The notes: generated by a model from the sequence alone, not told the origin. 64,000 nucleotides of DNA from an uncultured Candidatus Saccharibacteria bacterium (GCA_964627095.1 CAZVKH010000001.1:8451-72450); one strand, 5' to 3'; shown: positions 46,391-54,956, counted from the stretch's first letter. Translations and numbers: made by a program.

Positions 46391-46834
46391 ATGAAAACAA
46401 TCACTATTTGTTCCAGCGCTGCTTTCTACCGTGACGTCATTAAGATTAAAGAAGAGCTGGAAAAGCTTGGTGTACACGTAATAGTGCCCAAGACTGCCCT
46501 GCGCATGCAAAAGAATAATGACTACGAAGTCAGCCACTACAAAACCTGGATGGCCGATGCCAACGACTACCACAAAAAAGCCGAACTAATGATGAGCCAC
46601 TTCGAGGAAATCGATAAAGGTGGTGCTATCTTGGTAGTTAACAACACTAAGCACGGAGTAGAAAACTACATTGGCGGCAACGTTCTAATGGAAATGGCCT
46701 TGGCCTTCTTTCAGAAAAAACCAATCTTTATTCTTCATGACATACCCCATGAATCACCTCTTATCGAAGAAGTCTTGGGGGTTTTACCAATCACACTAAA
46801 GGGCGATATCAAAAGCCTCGTTAAGCAGCTTTAA
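46391..46834 (+). CDS. hypothetical Rossmann-like protein (possibly nucleoside 2-deoxyribosyltransferase-like)
   Basis: MKTITICSSAAF... then GG.ILVVN pattern. Weak assignment. Confidence 0.35.
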   Translation: MKTITICSSAAFYRDVIKIKEELEKLGVHVIVPKTALRMQKNNDYEVSHYKTWMADANDYHKKAELMMSHFEEIDKGGAILVVNNTKHGVENYIGGNVLMEMALAFFQKKPIFILHDIPHESPLIEEVLGVLPITLKGDIKSLVKQL

Positions 46835-46896
46835 CTAAGACCACTGCCAGATTTCCGTCATGCCATCACTATAGCAAATAGGCTATACTGTTAGGA

Positions 46897-48018
46897 GTGA
46901 CTAAGAAACCGCGACCAAGTAAAAAACAAGGATTTGCCAGCCTCGGGCTGGTGGTTTTACTTTTGGTAGCCGGTGCAATTTTTTATCAGTTAGCCGTATC
47001 AGCTCCACGCACCCCTAAACTTCCCGAACCATCATTAAAGGCTTTGGCCAAGGAAAAGAACATTGAGCTTGGTAACTTTGCGATCGCCAACCATCTTGAT
47101 GTTAAGCCCTACACCGACATCCTAACGTCGCAGTTCGACTTTGCATTGGCCGATAACACCCCCAACTGGTACTTCACCGATGGCGGGTTACGACCAACCG
47201 AAAGTACCTATAACTTCGTCCAGATGGATCAAGTAGTTAACTTTGCGAAAAGCAATAACATGCCGGTTCAAGCCCACCACTACGTTTGGGGTGAAGAAAA
47301 GTGGCTGCCAGCTTGGCTAAAAGACGGTAACTACACTAAAGAGCAGCTGATGAAGCTCTTGCAGGATCACATTACAACTGTTGGTCAGCGTTACAGTGGT
47401 CAGGTTCGCGAATGGACGGTGGTCAACGAACCTTTCACCCGGCAACAACACCTGTTTGACCTTAACGACTGGTGGGCCGATAACATCGGTGATCAAAGCT
47501 ACATTGATCAATCGTTCATTTGGGCTCGCCAAGCTGACCCCAAATCTAAACTAATCATTAACGACTTCAATAACGAAAGCATTAACGATACTTCTAACTT
47601 GATGTACGACTACGTTAAAGGGGCGTTAGCCCGCGGCGTCCCAATTGATGGCGTTGGCATGCAGATGCACATTGATGGTGGCCATCCACCAACCAAGGAT
47701 GAGGTTATTTCCAATATGAAGCGTTTCGGTGCCCTTGGTGTGCGCGTCTATGTTACCGAATTCGACGTCAATATGAATGATGTCAAAACCAATGCCGCCG
47801 GCAAAGATGAAATTCAGGGCAATATTTATTACGAAATGATGCGGGCTTGTATTGAATCAAAAGTTTGCGACAGCTTTGCCTACTTAGGAATTACCGATAG
47901 CGAAACTTGGTACAACTACATCGGACTAGCCGACCCCCGACCACTGATGTTCGACAAGAATTACCGACCAAAACCAGCCTTTTGGAGCACACGAGTCGCT
48001 TTAGAACAGCAAGACTAG
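46897..48018 (+). CDS. GH10 endo-1,4-beta-xylanase with N-terminal membrane anchor
   Basis: WTVVNEP (acid/base Glu) and YVTEFDV (nucleophile Glu). The only in-frame start is the GTG at 46897. Confidence 0.85.
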   Translation: MTKKPRPSKKQGFASLGLVVLLLVAGAIFYQLAVSAPRTPKLPEPSLKALAKEKNIELGNFAIANHLDVKPYTDILTSQFDFALADNTPNWYFTDGGLRPTESTYNFVQMDQVVNFAKSNNMPVQAHHYVWGEEKWLPAWLKDGNYTKEQLMKLLQDHITTVGQRYSGQVREWTVVNEPFTRQQHLFDLNDWWADNIGDQSYIDQSFIWARQADPKSKLIINDFNNESINDTSNLMYDYVKGALARGVPIDGVGMQMHIDGGHPPTKDEVISNMKRFGALGVRVYVTEFDVNMNDVKTNAAGKDEIQGNIYYEMMRACIESKVCDSFAYLGITDSETWYNYIGLADPRPLMFDKNYRPKPAFWSTRVALEQQD

Positions 48019-48551
48019 AATAGCTCAGTGTTCTTGGTGCTATAACGTGACTCTAAAGTATAGGTGCCGTCTTCTTCTAAGTTTGTCTGTAGAGTGTATT
48101 CGTCACACTCGATACAGCCTTCCGGTCCAACTGTGTATTCGTAGGCAGCCCCTTTGGGATCGGTCTTAGGATAAACACCGCGCAGCTCACTCAGTTCATT
48201 TGGATAAAAGCCGTACTGGCGGTGGTAATTTTCTAGGCGAACTTGCAGGGTCTGCACATCGCGGCGACGCTCGTCGTTACGGGCCTCACGCATTAAGTAA
48301 GGCCAGAAAGCTATGATCATACCAACAATGACAATTACGATGATGCAAATAACTAGGTTCATTATCCAGCCAATCCTAGAGATTACTGGTGAATTACCAG
48401 CTTTTTTGGCCTGGCTAGCACCAACTAATCCGACAATAAAACCGGGCAAAGACAACCCAAATAATGCTAAACCAAGACTAACTAAACCAAGTACATCAAC
48501 CGGTTCATTTTTGGGTGCATGGGCAACTGGAGTGGTACTGTCTTTTGTCAT
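48015..48551 (-). CDS. membrane protein with DUF4190-like N-terminus and pilin-like C-terminal domain
   Basis: Two or three transmembrane helices, then RDVQTLQVRLENYHRQYGFYP, reminiscent of pilin/pseudopilin globular domains. Confidence 0.5.
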   Translation of the reverse strand: MTKDSTTPVAHAPKNEPVDVLGLVSLGLALFGLSLPGFIVGLVGASQAKKAGNSPVISRIGWIMNLVICIIVIVIVGMIIAFWPYLMREARNDERRRDVQTLQVRLENYHRQYGFYPNELSELRGVYPKTDPKGAAYEYTVGPEGCIECDEYTLQTNLEEDGTYTLESRYSTKNTELF

Positions 48552-48585
48552 AGTAGTTTCCTTATTTATGACAACAGTATATCAG

Positions 48586-49128
48586 CTACTTAAGCTTATT
48601 AAGATGGCGCAAGCCTAATAGCACCAACAGCCCCATAACACCGGCTCCAATAAAGGCGGCCACAGCGGCGTAGTAGGCGATCATACCAAAGGTCCAGTAA
48701 GCGTAGCCGTCACCCAACAAAATTCCACGCAGGGTTTCACCTTGGAACAAGCTCTGCTTTTGAGCTTGCAACTTAGCGTTAGTAGGGTCCTTCATAGCTT
48801 CGGCACTAACTTCGGCGTAGGTTTTACCACCAGCAATATCATCAAGATGCTTACCAATGTAGTCATTGGCGTATGCCTTAGCCTTAGGTCCGTCATCCAC
48901 CTGTTGTCCAGCGTACTTTTGCAAAGTTGGGTACTTGGCCGGATCCAGTGCTGGGCTACCCTTGGCCGGGAAGTAAATTTTTTGAGCCGAAAGTTCGTTG
49001 CGCACGTTGGTAGTAGCGAAGTTGTAGGCGTAGAAAGATAGACTACCGACGGCCAGTAGTACGGCTGTCATAGCAGCGCCCAGTAGTATAAATACTTTAT
49101 CAATTGTTTTACGATCTGATTTTGCCAT
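48586..49128 (-). CDS. hypothetical bitopic membrane protein
   Basis: N- and C-terminal transmembrane helices flank a soluble domain. Confidence 0.5.
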   Translation of the reverse strand: MAKSDRKTIDKVFILLGAAMTAVLLAVGSLSFYAYNFATTNVRNELSAQKIYFPAKGSPALDPAKYPTLQKYAGQQVDDGPKAKAYANDYIGKHLDDIAGGKTYAEVSAEAMKDPTNAKLQAQKQSLFQGETLRGILLGDGYAYWTFGMIAYYAAVAAFIGAGVMGLLVLLGLRHLNKLK

Positions 49129-49188
49129 GTTTATTCCTTTTTACTGCCCTACCTTAGCATTCTTAGCGCTTACGTTTTGTGATTTGAA

Positions 49189-49398
49189 TCACAGTTCGGG
49201 CTCGGGCGTATCCTTCCTATGCAGTATCAAGTAGAGTATTGGCAATAAGCCGGCGGTATTTAGAACTAGCATACACATGAACCAGCCAGTTTGATAACGC
49301 CGGGCTGACCGCCACAGACCGATTCCTTTCCATACGACATCCCAAAGTGCCACTGCAACTATTACCATTGCCCAGCCTAGCGATAATGAATTGTCCAT
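49189..49398 (-). CDS. small two-helix membrane protein (DUF5652-like)
   Basis: WDVVWKGIGLWRSAR...WF pattern. Confidence 0.5.
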   Translation of the reverse strand: MDNSLSLGWAMVIVAVALWDVVWKGIGLWRSARRYQTGWFMCMLVLNTAGLLPILYLILHRKDTPEPEL

Positions 49399-49422
49399 TT
49401 TTACCTCCTTGTTGGTAGTTTT

Positions 49423-49815
49423 TTATACAATCCGGGCTAACTTGCGCAGCTCTTTGCGGTGTGAAAAACGAGGATTGTCGGTAATAACTTCGCGGGTCGG
49501 GATTATCCGCCCGCGCAACTTGTGGTCGTTCGGCAAACCACTCAGTAACAAATAGCCCTGCCAGTAACGGCCGCCAACTTCTAGTTCCAGGTGGGTCAAA
49601 TCAGAGGCATAGGCTTCATCTTCGACTTCGTACAATCGATAGCGCCCCAAGCCAAGCACACAGTCTGACTTATGAGCGTTATGTGAAGTTACTAAAATTT
49701 CACCGATTCCCTTAGCGTCAACCCAGGCAAATACCTTTTTGTCTAAATATAAAACTTTGGTGTGATGCTGGGTTTCGATAAGCTTATAGATGCCGTTAGC
49801 GCGTAACCGTATCAT
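49423..49815 (-). CDS. hypothetical protein (130 aa)
   Basis: ORF overlapping the upstream gene by 20 nt. No motif recognised. Confidence 0.45.
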   Translation of the reverse strand: MIRLRANGIYKLIETQHHTKVLYLDKKVFAWVDAKGIGEILVTSHNAHKSDCVLGLGRYRLYEVEDEAYASDLTHLELEVGGRYWQGYLLLSGLPNDHKLRGRIIPTREVITDNPRFSHRKELRKLARIV

Positions 49816-50320
49816 GATGTCCCTCGTGGTTTAACTGCTCGAGGCAACGTAGTTCGATGTATTCCGAGAAGTTGTTGGCACAACGCTCATTAAAAGTTCG
49901 GATCTTAAAGTCTTTAACACGGGTATGTAAGACAACCGTACTACCCCAACCAGCATGCGAGTAATTAATACCGCTCACAACGTCATAGGTAACCTCATCT
50001 TCGTTGACGAACAGTGGTTTTTTATCAAGGTAGATGATTCGCCTATCGGTCGCTACCAGGATCACAAAACCATCTAAGTTCTGGCCATAAACAAGGCCGC
50101 CAATATGCTCGTCGGCATGAACAATACTGGGCAAGTAACGGCTGGCGCCGTGTAGCAAACCAACCCGCGTCATACCTAGATCTTTAAGCTCTTGTATAAT
50201 CCGCCGACGGTGGTTCGGCATTTCTTTATTGCTGACATGTAGGTTGCGGTTATCCTTGGTGGCTAAAGCTGTGTACATAATGGCCGTCCTCCTGCTTACA
50301 GTAAAGCAGTTGCCAAGCAC
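49796..50320 (-). CDS. YokE-like bacterial PH-domain protein
   Basis: ...LPSIVHADEHIGGLVYG....LVATDRRIIYLD... pattern. Start uncertain. Confidence 0.45.
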   Translation of the reverse strand: MLGNCFTVSRRTAIMYTALATKDNRNLHVSNKEMPNHRRRIIQELKDLGMTRVGLLHGASRYLPSIVHADEHIGGLVYGQNLDGFVILVATDRRIIYLDKKPLFVNEDEVTYDVVSGINYSHAGWGSTVVLHTRVKDFKIRTFNERCANNFSEYIELRCLEQLNHEGHHDTVTR

Positions 50321-50360
50321 CGTTACAGTGACACTAGTCAGTTGTTGCGTGTGATACCAA

Positions 50361-51005
50361 TCACAGCTTGAGTTTTTGCTCGATGGCCGGCAAATCTGTC
50401 ACGATAATTGCCTGGCTATTCACCTCTACCAAGTTAAGGTCTTTGGCTTTGTGCAATTCTCGGCTGACGGTTTCGCGTGATAAACCAGTGCGCGCCGCCA
50501 GGTCACCTTCTTTAAGTGGTAATTGGTAGGTGCTAGTTTTGACTTTTAGGCCAAGCCGATGGCACTCAATAACCAGCTCGTACAGCAAGCGCGTTTGGGC
50601 GCTGCCCGACATCAACTGAACTAGACGCCCCAGTAGACCATCGGTGCCTTGATATAAACGCGCCAGTAGGTCGTACATAACATCCGGGTTGTCCTTTACA
50701 AACTTAACTGCAGCCGTGGCCGGGACAATATGTAGTTCGGTGTCTATTTCGGTTTTAAAGAAATACTTGTTGGGTGTTTTGTTTATAGCCCAAGACATTG
50801 GGAAAAAAGCTGGAGGTTTAAAAACATTAACAATTACTTCTTCGCCGCGGTAAGAAACATCGTACTGGCGAACCCGGCCTTTGGTGACATAAAAAATATG
50901 CTCCGGCTCTTCACCGGCAAACACCAAAATCTGGCCTTTTGGGTAGGTGCGTTGCGGGTAGGTTCTAAAAAACTGGTCAATTTTACTGGAAACTGCGGAA
51001 GTCAT
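50361..51005 (-). CDS. Crp/Fnr-family transcription regulator
   Basis: cNMP-binding beta-roll followed by an HTH (LAARTGLSRETVSRELHK). Confidence 0.8.
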   Translation of the reverse strand: MTSAVSSKIDQFFRTYPQRTYPKGQILVFAGEEPEHIFYVTKGRVRQYDVSYRGEEVIVNVFKPPAFFPMSWAINKTPNKYFFKTEIDTELHIVPATAAVKFVKDNPDVMYDLLARLYQGTDGLLGRLVQLMSGSAQTRLLYELVIECHRLGLKVKTSTYQLPLKEGDLAARTGLSRETVSRELHKAKDLNLVEVNSQAIIVTDLPAIEQKLKL

Positions 51006-51038
51006 ACTGTCTTCCTCCTACTCTGACTATAGAACTGT

Positions 51039-51854
51039 TTAGGCTGTCTGGCAATCAGGAGTGGCTGTTGCCAACCAGGCAGCTAATGACGTATTAAACG
51101 CTTCTTGCTTGATAGCCTTAGTATCTTCGCTGTAATTATCGAAGTCTGTTGGCTGTACTATGGCAAAAGCACGATTAATATACGCCGACCGGTCTGCAAG
51201 ATAACGCTTAACCGGAACATACTCGTCAGACCTCTCCATGAGAGCCACCACGTGGCCGCCGACTACGTCAGCAACAAGCCAGCGAAGCCCCAGCTCACAG
51301 TCGGTTGCCGTGTCGTTAACAACATGCTCGGAAGCCCGTATCGCTGTTCTTAGGTAGCCGACCCGCTCAACTGTGTTGAAGATTCTCCCCAATTTAGTGT
51401 GGTCATCAAAGACCACTTCTTCGGCGGCCTCAAAGATTAAGTCGGCCAAATGAGGCTGTTGTTGGGCGACATCTTCTATAATCTTGCGCAAATGGCCACG
51501 CTCTTGCGCCTCGTCTTGGATTGTTTTGTTGCTGTAAGTAATATCCCCAACAATCACTTCGGCCCAGTCATGGATAATGGCAGCAGCTTCTAGTACCTGC
51601 TCTTCGTGTGGCGTCATTAGCCCAGGCTGATCGCGACGCAAATTACGGTTCATAGCCCGGGCAATTCCTCGCGTCAGCGGCATGTGCAAAAGGTTGTTAA
51701 CGTCTGCGCCAAGTAGCTCTTGCCAACGTTCGTTAGTTACCCCTTCGGGCATGTAACGTTCGTAACGAACACGGGTCGCCAGCTCCTGTCCAAGATCAGT
51801 GGCGGCAAAGGCGTTGTGGATGTCCATGATGTTGGGTTGAATTTCGGTGCTCAT
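51039..51854 (-). CDS. HD-superfamily phosphohydrolase
   Basis: H...HD...D pattern (PHEE, IIHDWAE, VGDI). Start taken at MSTEIQ (51854). Confidence 0.6.
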   Translation of the reverse strand: MSTEIQPNIMDIHNAFAATDLGQELATRVRYERYMPEGVTNERWQELLGADVNNLLHMPLTRGIARAMNRNLRRDQPGLMTPHEEQVLEAAAIIHDWAEVIVGDITYSNKTIQDEAQERGHLRKIIEDVAQQQPHLADLIFEAAEEVVFDDHTKLGRIFNTVERVGYLRTAIRASEHVVNDTATDCELGLRWLVADVVGGHVVALMERSDEYVPVKRYLADRSAYINRAFAIVQPTDFDNYSEDTKAIKQEAFNTSLAAWLATATPDCQTA

Positions 51855-51863
51855 ACTACTTTC

Positions 51864-51899
51864 ATAGTCCTGCTTGGCTATTAATATTGCAAGCATGAG
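51864..51899 (-). promoter_or_regulatory. promoter: CTCATGCTTGCAA (-35 TTGCAA) N17 GACTAT, then 9 nt to the ATG at 51854
   Basis: Read directly. Third copy of the 12-mer. Confidence 0.4.
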
Positions 51900-52407
51900 C
51901 ATAATAGTTTTAGGCTATACTTATAGGGTGAATAAAAAACTTTTGTTGGCCATTGCCGTAATAATCGTCGTCATAGGTGCTGGTGTTATTTACTTGCTAA
52001 CCAGTAGTGAGCCAGAAAAAGCCATGGAAACAGTTACTGATCAGTCGACAACCACGTCTACTAGCCCGACCACGCCCCCTCCAGTTACTGACAATTCAAA
52101 ACCCGGCGCCTACATTGACTACACCAGCTCGGCAATTTCTCAGACTTCGGGCACAAAACTACTGTTCTTTCATGCGCCGTGGTGCCCCCAATGTCGCGAT
52201 CTCGAAGACAGCATTAAGCAGGATGGCGTGCCAGACAGTGTGACAATTATTAAGGTCGACTACGACAGCAACCAGGCCCTCCGCCAAAAGTATGGCGTAA
52301 CCCTACAGACGACCGTGGTTAAAATTGATGATAACGGTAACTTGATAGATAAGTTTGTCGCCTATCAAGAGCCTAGCCTGGCGGCTGTAAAGCAACGACT
52401 GTTGTAA
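51895..52407 (+). CDS. membrane-anchored thioredoxin-fold protein
   Basis: WCPQC active site after a transmembrane helix and a Thr/Pro linker. Start uncertain (ATG 51895 or GTG 51928). Confidence 0.7.
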   Translation: MSIIVLGYTYRVNKKLLLAIAVIIVVIGAGVIYLLTSSEPEKAMETVTDQSTTTSTSPTTPPPVTDNSKPGAYIDYTSSAISQTSGTKLLFFHAPWCPQCRDLEDSIKQDGVPDSVTIIKVDYDSNQALRQKYGVTLQTTVVKIDDNGNLIDKFVAYQEPSLAAVKQRLL

Positions 52408-53147
52408 TGGCGCTATTGATTCTTTCATTTATCGCCGGTGTACTCACCATTGCGGCACCCTGCGTACTACCGTTGTTGCCGGTTATTGTCGGCGGTTCAT
52501 TGGTAGAGAATGACGAAGAAAAATCTACCCGTCAATGGTTGCGACCGTTAGTTATCGCTCTAAGTTTAGCCCTGTCGGTGGTTAGCTTTACGCTGCTTAT
52601 TAAAGCCACGACCGTTTTACTGGGAGTGCCACAAATTGTCTGGCAAGTTGTTTCGGGACTGATTGTGATTGCCCTAGGTATTAATTACGTCTGGCCTAAA
52701 GCTTGGGAAGTTCTGTCGGCCCGGTCTGGGTTATTTACCACTTCTAACGCCGCTTTGGGTAAGGCCTATAAACACAAAGGCCTGTGGGGAACCGTCTTAA
52801 TTGGCGTGGCGCTGGGTCCAGTCTTTAGTAGTTGTAGCCCAACTTACGCTCTGATTGTGGCGACGATTCTACCGGTTTCATTTGCGCAGGGTCTGATTTA
52901 CCTAATTGCTTATGCCTTGGGTATGAGCATCACCCTTTTACTAATTGCCTACCTGGGTCAGGTTTTCTTGAGCAAATTGCGTTGGTTGAGCAACCCCAAC
53001 GGCTGGTTTAAGAAATTTATTGGGATTCTTTTTATTACAGTTGGCATCTGTGTACTGTTTGGCGTCGACAAAAAAATCCAGGCCTACGTGCTTGAAAAAG
53101 GCTGGTACGACCCAATTAGCAATATCGAGAGGCGCCTCAGTAACTAG
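52407..53147 (+). CDS. ccdA: CcdA/DsbD-family thiol-disulfide electron transporter
   Basis: Polytopic protein with APCVLPLLP and ...SSCSPTY half-sites. Its start abuts the thioredoxin stop. Confidence 0.8.
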   Translation: MALLILSFIAGVLTIAAPCVLPLLPVIVGGSLVENDEEKSTRQWLRPLVIALSLALSVVSFTLLIKATTVLLGVPQIVWQVVSGLIVIALGINYVWPKAWEVLSARSGLFTTSNAALGKAYKHKGLWGTVLIGVALGPVFSSCSPTYALIVATILPVSFAQGLIYLIAYALGMSITLLLIAYLGQVFLSKLRWLSNPNGWFKKFIGILFITVGICVLFGVDKKIQAYVLEKGWYDPISNIERRLSN

Positions 53148-53181
53148 ACGCTCTAAATTATAAGTATATAATAGGCTTATT

Positions 53182-53715
53182 ATGTCAACTTTTGAACAAG
53201 AACGTCGTTCCCAGATGATCGATATTGCTACCTACCGGCAGATTAAGGAAATCGGCAAAGGCTTGGTGACTTTGTCGGGCGTGGCGTTTTCGGAAAAGCC
53301 CGACTATGACCTTGACCTTACTATAAGCCGCATCACCGACGAAACTTTTGGCGTATTCCCACAAATGGGTTACAAAGTTCGCGTGGCAAGCAAACAAACA
53401 CCGGAGGCAAACCACGAAAACCTATTAATTACCGTCAAAGGTTTTGGAGTAGTCGATAGCGAAGGTGAGCTACTCTACAGACGCAAAGTCGGGATAACAG
53501 TTATCGACCAAGAAGTTAAATATTCGTGGGTAGACCTTTTACTACCGCGTGATGGCAAAACACCAGAGAGAGCTCAGCCACAGAGTCAACTAGAGGCTGG
53601 CATCCGCGAACACTTTGAAGCATGGGAGCATGAAATCAGTGGACGACAATTTTACCTCGACCCGGAAAGCGCCCAAATGCTGATGGCCGAAATTCAGGAA
53701 ATCGCCGAGCTCTAA
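53182..53715 (+). CDS. hypothetical protein (177 aa)
   Basis: ORF with TATAAT 9 nt upstream of the ATG. No motif recognised. Confidence 0.5.
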   Translation: MSTFEQERRSQMIDIATYRQIKEIGKGLVTLSGVAFSEKPDYDLDLTISRITDETFGVFPQMGYKVRVASKQTPEANHENLLITVKGFGVVDSEGELLYRRKVGITVIDQEVKYSWVDLLLPRDGKTPERAQPQSQLEAGIREHFEAWEHEISGRQFYLDPESAQMLMAEIQEIAEL

Positions 53716-53730
53716 GGCTTTTGGCGGGGC

Positions 53731-53806
53731 AGGGCAACGCACATCTGCAGCCATGCTCGGAATATATTCCTGCGCGTGGCTTTGATGACCGAACCTGGGC
53801 TACGCC
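53731..53806. repeat. copy B of the tRNA-adjacent structured intergenic element
   Basis: 65/76 identical to 26793..26868. Palindrome GGAATATATTCC (53759..53770) and hairpin GAACC/GGTTC (53791..53815). Confidence 0.55.
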
Positions 53807-53835
53807 CGACGGTTCAAGTCTTCTCTGTGACCAAG

Positions 53836-53862
53836 AAAAAAGACCCTTCTTGTGAAGAGTCT
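53836..53862 (-). terminator. rho-independent terminator of initiator tRNA
   Basis: On the minus strand, AGACTCTTC-ACAA-GAAGGGTCT followed by TTTTTT. The imperfect pair is G.U on minus only. Confidence 0.6.
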
Positions 53863-53869
53863 CTTTTCT

Positions 53870-53944
53870 TGGTAGCGGGGGCAGGACTCGAACCTGCGAC
53901 CTCGTGGTTATGAGCCACGCGAGCTGCCACTGCTCCACCCCGCG
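53870..53944 (-). tRNA. initiator tRNA-fMet (CAT)
   Basis: Very close to E. coli tRNA-fMet (CGCGGGGTGGAGCAG...GGCTCATAACC...AGGTCG.AGGTTC). The 1:72 position is an unpaired C.U. The anticodon stem ends in GG/CC. Confidence 0.8.
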
Positions 53945-54024
53945 TCGAGTTGAGCAAGCTATAGCATACCAGATGAAAGCTACTTATACAACATCGGTGG
54001 GAAATGTGGTAGAGTATCTTCACT

Positions 54025-54726
54025 ATGACCGATATGCTCGCTCCTTCAGCCGAAGCCGAAAAATTGCCAACAGATGACCCGACAACCATACTAGCACTTG
54101 AAGCACGCGACTTATTACTCGCCGCCAGCCAAGCCGAACCGGGCAGCCCGGATGAGGTAGCCGCCCTAGAGGAAGCCAATAGTCGCTTTAGCGAGCTGGT
54201 TAGCGAAACCCAGGAATTCCTTACCAAATTTGCTCTGAGCCGCCCCCACCCCAGGCATTTTGATGTGCAAGAAGTAGTCCAGGAAACCTACGCCCGAGCC
54301 TATAAGGGTTTACATAATTTTAGGGGTGACGCCAAGTTTTCTACGTGGCTATTTTACGTTTTGCGCAGCTGTACTGATAACTACTGGAGACGCGAGGCAC
54401 GTCACAACAATCAGCCCCTACCCGAAGAAGACGGTTCAGATCCATCCTTGGTTGGTAGTATTGCCGTGGTGTCATCATTAGATACTGGCGAGGTCGACAG
54501 CTTTTTGGACTACAGTAGCCTTTCGCCGGAACTAGAAGCAATGCTGGCCACTTTAAGTCCCAAGCAACAACAAGCTATTCGTATGCATGACGTAATGGGA
54601 CAAACCACTAAAGAATGTGCCGCGCAACTAGGTGTTAGTGAAATTAGTTTTAAGATGAACGTACACCGGGCTCGCCATAACCTACGCCGCGAATTCCCCG
54701 ATGCCAGAAACTGGTTAGAAGAATAA
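54025..54726 (+). CDS. sigma-70-family (group 4/ECF-like) sigma factor with an acidic ~70-aa N-terminal extension
   Basis: Region 2 (ETYARAYKGLHNFRGDAKFSTWLFYV) and region 4 (QQQAIRMHDVMGQTTKECAAQLGVSEISFKMNVHRARHNLR). Confidence 0.8.
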   Translation: MTDMLAPSAEAEKLPTDDPTTILALEARDLLLAASQAEPGSPDEVAALEEANSRFSELVSETQEFLTKFALSRPHPRHFDVQEVVQETYARAYKGLHNFRGDAKFSTWLFYVLRSCTDNYWRREARHNNQPLPEEDGSDPSLVGSIAVVSSLDTGEVDSFLDYSSLSPELEAMLATLSPKQQQAIRMHDVMGQTTKECAAQLGVSEISFKMNVHRARHNLRREFPDARNWLEE

Positions 54727-54728
54727 TC

Positions 54729-54756
54729 TTGACAAATTAGCAACTTCATGTATAAT
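54729..54756 (+). promoter_or_regulatory. consensus sigma-70 promoter TTGACA-N16-TATAAT
   Basis: Exact hexamers read 3 nt after the sigma-factor stop codon. Confidence 0.6.
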
Positions 54757-54764
54757 ACTTAGTG

Positions 54765-54776
54765 TTGTCATGACAA
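54765..54776. promoter_or_regulatory. perfect 12-bp palindrome TTGTCATGACAA at the predicted transcription start
   Basis: Self-complementary 12-mer 9 nt downstream of the TATAAT. Candidate operator. Confidence 0.35.
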
Positions 54777-54814
54777 AACAAACAACAAAATAAAACAACA
54801 GGAAACTACACACA

Positions 54815-54898
54815 ATGAAATCACAACTCGCCTACGAGTTCGCCCAAACCCAAGATCAGGCAGTTTCACAATTTGACGATCTAATCTCATCTTTGTAA
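54815..54898 (+). CDS. 27-codon acidic ORF (MKSQLAYEFAQTQDQAVSQFDDLISSL)
   Basis: Hand-translated. AGGAA lies ~10 nt upstream in a CA-rich leader. Bracketed by the consensus promoter and a terminator. Confidence 0.35.
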   Translation: MKSQLAYEFAQTQDQAVSQFDDLISSL

Positions 54899-54923
54899 AC
54901 CTACTCGATCAAACTCCCATAAA

Positions 54924-54956
54924 AGAGCCCTTTAAGCGCAAAGGGTTCTTTTTATT
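54924..54956 (+). terminator. rho-independent terminator
   Basis: AGAGCCCTTT-AAGCGC-AAAGGGTTCT followed by TTTTATT. The one imperfect pair is G.U on the plus strand. Confidence 0.6.

Noticed and set aside
53636-54227. Two minus-strand ORFs (100 and 137 aa) around 53.6-54.2 kb
   Set aside because: They overlap the initiator tRNA, its terminator, the repeat copy B and the sigma-factor 5' end. No motif is recognised.
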